A stretch of 50,042 bases of DNA from Thermoplasmata archaeon. Its GTDB lineage: Archaea > Thermoplasmatota > Thermoplasmata > Lutacidiplasmatales > UBA184. Where the stretch lies: contig JAGWLG010000028.1 in the NCBI GenBank assembly GCA_028864975.1, positions 1 to 50,042 of the forward strand, given 5' to 3'. The translations under genes were made by a program, and so were the position numbers. Numbering within the stretch: the first letter of the stretch is position 1; each line of letters opens with the position of its first letter. This document shows positions 1 to 7,529 of the stretch, in pieces. The notes below the pieces were generated by a model, which searched no databases, was not told the DNA's origin, and worked only from the letters and a program-made list of their open reading frames with translations.

Positions 1-2412
1 ATGACCAAAGTCTATGGCGGGGGGTGTCTCTCCATTCACGGGCCTCTCTCCTTTGGGTTCTTGCGGTTCCCAACAGGGGAGAGGTTCCCCTCGCCATCAA
101 CAAATTCCTACACACCACTCCGCGTGGGAGGATGGGCCTTGGAGGGGAACATCTATCGCTTCCCTCCGCTTACTGGCCCCGTGCCCGACCCTCCCCCCCC
201 GGAGCCCCCGGGTGACGTTCCTCCTCTTCCCAACCCGGCGTTGGAGGCCCTCCGACGGGTGCAACGGGGCACCGGCGCCTTCGTCTTCGTCGCGGGTGGG
301 CCCCGACAGGCCCGCTCCAGCCTCCTCTCGACCCTCGAACAGAACGCGAAGGACTTCGGCTGGGAGACGCTCCGGCTCAGAGCCCATCCTCTGGATGGAG
401 CCGTTCCGTACGGTGCCTTGCAACCGTGGCTCTCCCAGTGGTACCAGCCCATCGTCTCAGGTGAATCCTCGAGCCCGTCGGCGTCCAGGGCCGGCCCAGC
501 CTTCGCCATGCCCTTGGTGGGGCTGATCGCCGGGCTCCCCGCGCAATCGGCGCCGGAGACTGGCCCCTCCCCACGAAGTCCATCCTCCTCGGCCCAACGG
601 ACCCTGCGGGACCGGATTTTCACCCCTGCCCAGCTTCGGGCGGAGCTCGTCGACCTCGTGCAGGGGAGGACCCGCAAGAACCCCGCCGTTGTGCTCCTGG
701 AGGACGCGGAGTTCCTGGACGCCGCCAGCTGGGAGTGGTTCGGCTTCCTCGGCGACCACATGTTCGACCTGCCCATCGCGGTCGCGCTATCCCTGGCGGA
801 GGAGGATATCCCCGATGAATCGCTGCGGGAGCGGCTCGCGTCGGCACCCTCCGCGTGGTGCCGCCTGGGCGGCGACGACGGCACGGGCCTCGCTCGTGAG
901 CAGCTCAGGGGGAGGCTCCGTGCACTTCCCGCCCGAACTCTGGAGGCCTTGCTGCTCGCGGTCCTGGCCGGACCGGACTCGGACCGCACGACGTTGAAGG
1001 CGCTCCTGAAGGTGAACGACCGCGAGCTCAACTTGGCGCTCTCCCCAGCGATGGACGCGGGACTGCTCCGGCTCCTCGATGAACACTACGAGAGCGCGGA
1101 ACCCACGCTGTATCCGGACCTTGCGGGGGTGGCGAAGCCCGCCGACGTGGCGTCGACCCACCGCGCCCTGGCGATGCTCATCTCCAAGCGCCCCACGCCC
1201 CCCGAAGGGAAGATCCTCTTCCGTTTGAGCGACCACTGGGCGGAGGCCGGGGAGGTTGGCCGAGGGGTCCCCGCCCTCCTCGCAGCGTCCCGGGAGGCCG
1301 AGCGGTGGGGCGCGCCCGAGCTCGCCGAGAAACGACTGCTCAGGGCGGTCCTCCTCTCCCAGACGGACCCGACGACCCGAGGGCGTGAGCTCGAGGAGAA
1401 GTCCTATTCGGAGCTTGCCCGCCTTCGGATGCGAGCGGGCCATCCGGCCGAGGCCCGCGACGCCTACCACCGAGCCATATCCCTGGCGAAGGAGCGCGGA
1501 GCCCGCGCCGTACAGTGGGCCGGCTACATCGCGGGGCTCTCGGATGCGCAGACCCGGCTGGGAGGACATCCGGACGAGCAGCTCAAGGAGGCGCTCGCGC
1601 AGGTCGAAGGGAGGTCGAACGAGCTCGAGGCCATGCTCCTCAGGTCGCTCAGTTTCTACTACCTGGAACGTGCGAGGTTCCACGAGTCGATCACCACGGC
1701 GGAGAGGGCCTGCGAGCTCGCCGAGAAGGGGAATGATGGCGTGCTCAAGATCCGGGCGCGCAATTCTGCGGCGAGCGCGTACATCTTCAGTGGCGTGATG
1801 CCGGAGCGGGCTCGGACCCACCTTCTGAAGGCGCTGGAGCACCGCAAGGAGATCGAGGGGACCGCGGACGAGATGCTCCTCGTCAACGTGATGGACGGGC
1901 TATCGCTCCTCGAATGCGGGCTGGGCAACGAGGCGGAGTCGCTTCGCTGGGGGGAGCGATCGCTCGACGAAGCTCGTCGGTGCGGTTACGGGACCTCGTT
2001 GCTGCTCGTCCTGGGAAACCTGCCCGAACATTACATCCACACGAAGGACTTTGCCCGGGCGAGGGAGCTCACCGAAGAGCTTCGAGCCTCCGCGAAGCGC
2101 CTGAACATCCCCGAGCGGGACAATTCCTATCAGCAGCTCTTCCTGGTCGAGGGGCGCATCGCCGCCGACACCGGGGATGTCGCGACGGCCAAGGAACGGT
2201 TCCAGAAGCTGATCGCGAGCTCCGAGAAAGGTGGCTCTCGAGTCTTCCTCTCTCAGGCTCTGGTCCATCTGACCGTCCTCTGTGCACGGAACCACGAGAT
2301 GGAGCAGGCTCGGCAGTTCCATCGCCGCCTCGAGAAGGAAGGGCTGCTGAAGACCCTGGTCGGGGAGAACCGCAGGCTCTTGGACGAGGTCGAGCCCCTC
2401 CTGCACGGGTGA
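1..2412 (+). CDS. STAND-like (AAA_16/MalT-type) NTPase-fold protein with degenerate Walker A and C-terminal TPR-like helical repeats
   Basis: 803-aa ORF. FVFVAGGPRQARSSLL sits at the P-loop position and VVLLEDAEFLDAASWEWFGFL matches the Walker-B region of LuxR/MalT-type ATPases. The C-terminal half is Ala/Leu/Glu/Arg-rich helical repeats. Start is uncertain (window edge; GTG at 181 is an alternative). Confidence 0.6.
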   Translation: MTKVYGGGCLSIHGPLSFGFLRFPTGERFPSPSTNSYTPLRVGGWALEGNIYRFPPLTGPVPDPPPPEPPGDVPPLPNPALEALRRVQRGTGAFVFVAGGPRQARSSLLSTLEQNAKDFGWETLRLRAHPLDGAVPYGALQPWLSQWYQPIVSGESSSPSASRAGPAFAMPLVGLIAGLPAQSAPETGPSPRSPSSSAQRTLRDRIFTPAQLRAELVDLVQGRTRKNPAVVLLEDAEFLDAASWEWFGFLGDHMFDLPIAVALSLAEEDIPDESLRERLASAPSAWCRLGGDDGTGLAREQLRGRLRALPARTLEALLLAVLAGPDSDRTTLKALLKVNDRELNLALSPAMDAGLLRLLDEHYESAEPTLYPDLAGVAKPADVASTHRALAMLISKRPTPPEGKILFRLSDHWAEAGEVGRGVPALLAASREAERWGAPELAEKRLLRAVLLSQTDPTTRGRELEEKSYSELARLRMRAGHPAEARDAYHRAISLAKERGARAVQWAGYIAGLSDAQTRLGGHPDEQLKEALAQVEGRSNELEAMLLRSLSFYYLERARFHESITTAERACELAEKGNDGVLKIRARNSAASAYIFSGVMPERARTHLLKALEHRKEIEGTADEMLLVNVMDGLSLLECGLGNEAESLRWGERSLDEARRCGYGTSLLLVLGNLPEHYIHTKDFARARELTEELRASAKRLNIPERDNSYQQLFLVEGRIAADTGDVATAKERFQKLIASSEKGGSRVFLSQALVHLTVLCARNHEMEQARQFHRRLEKEGLLKTLVGENRRLLDEVEPLLHG

Positions 2413-2460
2413 GCTCAGACCTGTCGAGCTTCGACCGGCGAGCCCGCCGTCAGAGCGTTC

Positions 2461-2496
2461 TTATACGTATGGTATGTTGCGACAACGCACGGAGGT
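2461..2496 (+). promoter_or_regulatory. TATA-like box (TTATA, 2461-2465) and Shine-Dalgarno GGAGGT (2491-2496) upstream of GTG 2503
   Basis: AT-rich motif in a GC-rich intergenic region; GGAGGT lies 6 nt before the GTG. Confidence 0.5.
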
Positions 2497-2502
2497 CCTG
2501 GG

Positions 2503-4737
2503 GTGATCCGCCGCCCGACACTTTGGCTGGCCCTGGCCCTCGCGTTCGCGAGCCTCGCGATCCTTGTCGCGGGAGGCACCTTCGGCTCCACTGACCTTCG
2601 CTCGACCTCGGAAGTGGCCCTTCTCCCCACCGCGGCCCATCTCTCACCGGCCAGTGCATCGGGTGCTTCCCCCTCCTCCCTCGGGAGCTTCTCCACCCCC
2701 TACGGCTCCTTCAACCTCCCCCAGGGCGGATGCACCACCGGCCTCAACGGCACCTGCCCCCACTTGACCCCCTCCATCTCCGCCTCCCCCTCCAAGATCT
2801 GCCGCTCGGGCGCCACCGGATGCGGCGGCGTCCCCTACGACACCAAGGTCACCCTCACCGTCAACGCCACCGGCACGACCCTCACCAGCCCTCCCAACGT
2901 CCAGGTCGTCTTCGTCGTCGAGACCACCCTCTTCGACGGCGTCTATGACGACCTCGCCGGCGAGCCCGGGCTCTCCTCCTGCGGAGGACCCTGCGCCGAG
3001 TCCAACGGCGTCCCCTTCTTCACGGCCAACGCCGGGACCATCGCCACCAAGATCGCCACCCACTTCGGCGCCTCCACCTCCTCCTGCAACCCCACCGGGC
3101 AGAACTCCGTCTGCTTCGCCTTGGTCGACTACTTCTCCACCCAGGGGGCGGACCATGACGACGGGGACGGGAGCGAGTACAACCCCGACGTCACCACCTT
3201 CGTCCCGGCGAGCCAGTTCCAGGCCCAGGTCCAGAACACCTTCCAGGCCTTCGAGCTGGGCGGCGGATGGGTCTACGGCGACTCCGACTTCTCCGACAAC
3301 ACCCTCTCCTCCTCCGCCATCACCGGGGTCTACGGCGCCGAGCGCGGCAGCGGCCTCGCCTGGAACCCCAACGCCGACCACGTCATCGTCTGGATGGGCT
3401 CCTCCGTCCCCCGCGACCCCAACTACGTCTCCAGCTACGCCCCCACCGACTCCAACTTCAACTCGGGGAACTCCGGGAACTGCGAGCCCCCCTACTTCGG
3501 TGGCCAGCCCAACTGCTACGGCTGGGCTGAGCCCTCCAACTCCATCGGCGCCTACGCCAAGGCCAACAACATCGTCATCGACACCGTCGACCTGGCGAAC
3601 GGGGTCACGCTCCTCAACGCTGGGGACTACCTCTCCACCGGGGCGCCCGCCCAGGCGGACGTCAACCACGTCCTCCAGGCCGGCTGCGACATGGCGGTCG
3701 CGACGAGCGGCAGCTGGGAGGGCCCGAGCGGCTTCTCCTGCTCGGCGGCCGCGACAGGGACGGGGCAGGGGAACCTGACCTGCGCCCAGGGGTCCAGCTG
3801 CGAGGCGCGCGGGGCGGAGTACAACCCCGCCCGCGCCTGGTCGACCAACCCCGCCCTGGGCTGGGCGCTCACCAACATCAACTTCCCCTCCACCTCCTCG
3901 AACGTCAGCGCGAAGGGGACCACCGGGGACACGTTCAACTACATCCCGGCCCCCTACTTCGCCGTCGACTCCGCGAAGGGGTTCACGGTGAAGTGCTCGC
4001 GCCTTCCCTCGAGCCCCCCGCTCCCCGGGCCCTGCAGCGCGACCCCCCAGTTCGGCCCGTTGGGCTCGCTCAACCAGGGGGTCGGGTGGGCTTGGCCGGA
4101 CAACACGATGTACCTGGGCGACAGCTGGTCCGTGACCTTTGACGTCATCGCCCAGCCGAGCTACCCGAACGGCCAGCTCAAGCTCCCGGTCCCGTTGGAT
4201 GCCTGCCTGCCCCCACCCCAAGCCGGCTCGGGTCCGTGGTCGACCGCCTGCAAGCCGATCCCGGGGAGCGGACCCGCCTCGTACACCAGCATGGAGTATG
4301 TCACGTATGCCGGGTCGCAGCTCTCTCCCGCCCAGTCCTTCCCTCCGGCGTTCGTGACCGTGGTCTCGCCGTACATTCCGCCTCCTCCACCTCCACCGCC
4401 CCCGCCGCCTCCGCCTCCGCCCCCGCCGCCCCCTCCGGGGATGCCGGTGCTGAACCCTGTCCAGGTGCCGCTCGCGAACCCGCTCGCCAACCCGCTGATG
4501 AACCCCGTGGTCCAGCCGGTGGCGCAGGTCCTGTCCACCCCGACCATCAACGTCAACGTCGTCGCGAACCCGCTCGCCACCCCGCTCATCACCGCCGGGT
4601 GGATCGGGACCTTCTCGGTCCTGGGGGTCGCGACGCGGGTCAAGCAGCGTCGGATGGTCGCGATGCGGAACGTCTCCCAGGGCGCCCGCAGGGGCGCCCC
4701 CGGCGGCGGGACCGCCTCCATCGGGGTGACCGAGTAG
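2503..4737 (+). CDS. Secreted/surface protein with divergent Cys-rich vWA-like domain, 20-Pro linker and C-terminal anchor-like segment
   Basis: N-terminal hydrophobic signal LWLALALAFASLAILVAGG. vWA-like strand order VVFVVETT / FALVDY / HVIVWMGS / IVIDTVDL. Poly-Pro at 4378-4437, then a hydrophobic stretch and basic residues (RVKQRR). Strong similarity to the N-terminal domain of 29304-32828. Confidence 0.75.
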   Translation: MIRRPTLWLALALAFASLAILVAGGTFGSTDLRSTSEVALLPTAAHLSPASASGASPSSLGSFSTPYGSFNLPQGGCTTGLNGTCPHLTPSISASPSKICRSGATGCGGVPYDTKVTLTVNATGTTLTSPPNVQVVFVVETTLFDGVYDDLAGEPGLSSCGGPCAESNGVPFFTANAGTIATKIATHFGASTSSCNPTGQNSVCFALVDYFSTQGADHDDGDGSEYNPDVTTFVPASQFQAQVQNTFQAFELGGGWVYGDSDFSDNTLSSSAITGVYGAERGSGLAWNPNADHVIVWMGSSVPRDPNYVSSYAPTDSNFNSGNSGNCEPPYFGGQPNCYGWAEPSNSIGAYAKANNIVIDTVDLANGVTLLNAGDYLSTGAPAQADVNHVLQAGCDMAVATSGSWEGPSGFSCSAAATGTGQGNLTCAQGSSCEARGAEYNPARAWSTNPALGWALTNINFPSTSSNVSAKGTTGDTFNYIPAPYFAVDSAKGFTVKCSRLPSSPPLPGPCSATPQFGPLGSLNQGVGWAWPDNTMYLGDSWSVTFDVIAQPSYPNGQLKLPVPLDACLPPPQAGSGPWSTACKPIPGSGPASYTSMEYVTYAGSQLSPAQSFPPAFVTVVSPYIPPPPPPPPPPPPPPPPPPPPGMPVLNPVQVPLANPLANPLMNPVVQPVAQVLSTPTINVNVVANPLATPLITAGWIGTFSVLGVATRVKQRRMVAMRNVSQGARRGAPGGGTASIGVTE

Positions 4738-4798
4738 GCAGAGGTCGAGGCCAGGAACACTGGGGTCGTGGAGGGCTAACCAGAAAGACCCCCGAGGA

Positions 4799-6013
4799 AT
4801 GACCGCCGTCGTGCGGATCGCAAGTGCCGCAAGGAGACGACGCGGGCCGACCGGCCCGGTGCGGGGCACCCTCGGTGCCCTCGCGCTTCTCTTCGCGCTG
4901 GTCGTCCTCCTCGTTCCCATCGCTGGCTCCTTCGTCTCGACGACGCACGAGCTTGGGCCATTTCCCAAGGGAGAGGTTGCGGACTCTTCCTCAGCCCCAC
5001 CCCCCCGCCTGACCGTCGCCGCCTCTCCGACGAGCGGCACGGCTCCGCTCCAGGTCGAGTTCTGGGCCAATGTCACGGGAGGTACCGGGACACCCCAGAT
5101 CCGGTGGAGCTTCGGGGATGGCGGGGCAGGGAGCGGTTCGCCGATCGTTCACCCGTACTCGCAGCCTGGATGGTACAACGCGACCGCCAACGCCACCCTG
5201 AACGCGTCCGGCTGGTCCCAGACCGGGGTCGTCACGATCCACGTGACGAGGTCGGGGGCGGGCGGTCCCCCGGAGCTCTCGCTCTCCCCGGTGCCTTCGG
5301 CCGGGAACTCTCCGCTTCCGGTCAACCTCACCATCTCGGCGAGCGGAGGGACCCCACCCTACTCCGGAAGCGTCTGCTTCGGCGACGGGTCGCCCTGCGT
5401 TTCTCTTCCGTCGGGATGGAATGGGGCGCCGATCGTCCTGAATCACACCTACATCGCGGACGGTACGTTCGCTATCGTCGCTTCGGCGCAGGATGCGCAA
5501 GGGACCTCGACGTTCTCCACGACCGCCCTCTCGGTCCAGAACCCCTCCACGCTCATTGCTTACGGCATCGAGTCGCCCGGGTCGGGGAAGGCTCCGCTCA
5601 CCGTGAGCTTCGAGGCACAGGCCAGCGGCGGGACCGTACCGTACACCGCCGTCTGGGACTTCGGGGATGGGACCACCGCCACGGGAGAGGTGGGAGTGGT
5701 CCTGACCCACACCTACACGAACGGAGGAACGTTCATTCCGGCGCTGACGATCCACGACCACGCGGGTAGGTTGTCGGCCCCCTATACCCTCTCTCCGATC
5801 AAGGTCCAGTCCGCGCCGCCCCCGAAGAGCAACGCTTCGAACTGGCTCACCGGCGGGTGGTTGGGGCAGAACAGCACCACGATCGGCGTCCTCGGGTTGA
5901 TCCTGGTGCTGATCGTCTTCGTGCTCCTGGTCGAACGGCGCCGTCGGGAGGAGATCACGAGGCAGGCGCGCGAGCTCGTCGAGGAGATGGAGAACGCCAG
6001 GGAGCTTCCGTAA
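4799..6013 (+). CDS. PKD-domain membrane protein (3 PKD repeats, N- and C-terminal TM segments)
   Basis: WSFGDG, VCFGDG and WDFGDG motifs within SG.APL.V.F repeats; C-terminal TM IGVLGLILVLIVFVLLV followed by ERRRR. Confidence 0.85.
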   Translation: MTAVVRIASAARRRRGPTGPVRGTLGALALLFALVVLLVPIAGSFVSTTHELGPFPKGEVADSSSAPPPRLTVAASPTSGTAPLQVEFWANVTGGTGTPQIRWSFGDGGAGSGSPIVHPYSQPGWYNATANATLNASGWSQTGVVTIHVTRSGAGGPPELSLSPVPSAGNSPLPVNLTISASGGTPPYSGSVCFGDGSPCVSLPSGWNGAPIVLNHTYIADGTFAIVASAQDAQGTSTFSTTALSVQNPSTLIAYGIESPGSGKAPLTVSFEAQASGGTVPYTAVWDFGDGTTATGEVGVVLTHTYTNGGTFIPALTIHDHAGRLSAPYTLSPIKVQSAPPPKSNASNWLTGGWLGQNSTTIGVLGLILVLIVFVLLVERRRREEITRQARELVEEMENARELP

Positions 6014-6014
6014 G

Positions 6015-7514
6015 GTGGGATCGCTCGTGGGTCGTCGCCGTCGCTCCCTGCTCCCCCACCTCCGACCGTTCCTTCTTCCCGCGGCGTTTCTCCTGCTCGT
6101 TCAGGTCCTTGCGGGCGGGGCTTCGGGGGTGGGAGGTGGGGCTCCGTACCCACCCGCTTCGACGCAACCTTCGCTCTCCGTCGCCATCGCGGCGAACCTG
6201 ACGCAGGGAGCCGTGCCCCTGCTCGTAGACTTCCAGGCGACGGTCTCGGGGGCCGGAACCTCGGCGCTCCTCAACTGGTCCTTCGGGGACAACACTTCGT
6301 ACCGCAACACCACCGCGATAAACGTCGCGCACTACTACAGCCACGTCGGGGTGTACAACGTCTCGGTCGAGACCGCATGGTCGAGCAGCACGGCCACCAA
6401 TTCGATCAAGATCATCGTTGAACCCTCCCCGCTTCGGGTTACGCTCGCGGCCCTCCCGCTCACCAAGTCGCCGTTGACCGTCGTGTTCCACGCGAACGTC
6501 ACCGGGGGGACGGGGACCTACAGCAGCCTCCAGTGGGAGTTCGGCGACGGCCGGACCGGCAGTGGGGCTGACCAGCTCGAGACCTACCTCAACGCAGGGA
6601 CCTACCTGGCGAACTTCACGGTGACCGACAGCGACGGGGCCGTGGTGACCCGCAATGTGACCCTTCACCTCACGCTGCCTCCGACCAACGCCACGGTGGG
6701 GCCGACGTTGGGATCGATCGTCCTGAGCTACCTTCCCTGGGCCATTGCCATCATCGCTGTCATCGTCGCCATCTTCTTCGCTCGCCGGCCTCCGCGGAGG
6801 AGCTGGCCCCAGGGGCCCGAGGCGGCCTCGGGAGGTGCCTCCGGACCGAGCCCTGAGGAGGGAGGGGACGAGGGCTCGGCACCGAAGGGGACCCACGCAC
6901 CCAGCACGTCCATAGTGGAGCAAGCGCCGTCGCCAGCGCCTCTACCCTTACCCAAAGTGTCGGCGGCGGAGGTGTCAACCCCGGTCGAGGGGGCTTCCGC
7001 CACAACGGAGGGCTCGCAGGTGTCCTCCCTCGGACCGAGCGACCTGGCCCCTGAGCCTACGACAATCCCTCCGGTGGAAGTCACGGCCCCTCCGTCCGAG
7101 CCGTCAGCGCCCTCGACGACGGCCGAACCCGTCCCACCCTCTCAGGAGAAACCGGAGAGACCCCCCGTGGTCCCCCGCGAGACCCTGCGTCTCTCGTTCC
7201 GGCTCGTCGTGCACATCGCAGCCCAAGGGGCGCTCGGGTCGCACGAGGTCGCGCCGGCGTCGCTCACCCAGGCCGGGATGGCCCAGGCGATGGGCGCGAA
7301 GCAGAACACCATCGCGACCATCCTGAAGCGGCTCGAGGTCGCGGGCGTGCTCACTTCCGACGTACGACATGTGAAGGGAGCTCCGCGACGGATGAAGGTC
7401 TACCGCCTCACGACCAGGGGGGAGGCGCTCGCCAGGGACATTCGTTCCAGGCGATCGGAGCGCGGGAGCCACACGCTCCGGGGCCCACGACCTGACGAGC
7501 CTGGGGAAGCGTAA
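6015..7514 (+). CDS. PKD(x2)-TM-Pro/Ser/Glu linker-winged-helix (MarR-like) fusion; putative membrane-tethered transcription regulator
   Basis: Signal/TM at the N-terminus, WSFGDN and WEFGDG PKD motifs, TM LPWAIAIIAVIVAIFFA. C-terminal LTQAGMAQAMGAKQNTIATILKRLEVAGVL...RRMKVYRLTTRGEALA is a wHTH pattern. Confidence 0.8.
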   Translation: MGSLVGRRRRSLLPHLRPFLLPAAFLLLVQVLAGGASGVGGGAPYPPASTQPSLSVAIAANLTQGAVPLLVDFQATVSGAGTSALLNWSFGDNTSYRNTTAINVAHYYSHVGVYNVSVETAWSSSTATNSIKIIVEPSPLRVTLAALPLTKSPLTVVFHANVTGGTGTYSSLQWEFGDGRTGSGADQLETYLNAGTYLANFTVTDSDGAVVTRNVTLHLTLPPTNATVGPTLGSIVLSYLPWAIAIIAVIVAIFFARRPPRRSWPQGPEAASGGASGPSPEEGGDEGSAPKGTHAPSTSIVEQAPSPAPLPLPKVSAAEVSTPVEGASATTEGSQVSSLGPSDLAPEPTTIPPVEVTAPPSEPSAPSTTAEPVPPSQEKPERPPVVPRETLRLSFRLVVHIAAQGALGSHEVAPASLTQAGMAQAMGAKQNTIATILKRLEVAGVLTSDVRHVKGAPRRMKVYRLTTRGEALARDIRSRRSERGSHTLRGPRPDEPGEA

Positions 7515-7529
7515 GCCACCCGACCCGGC

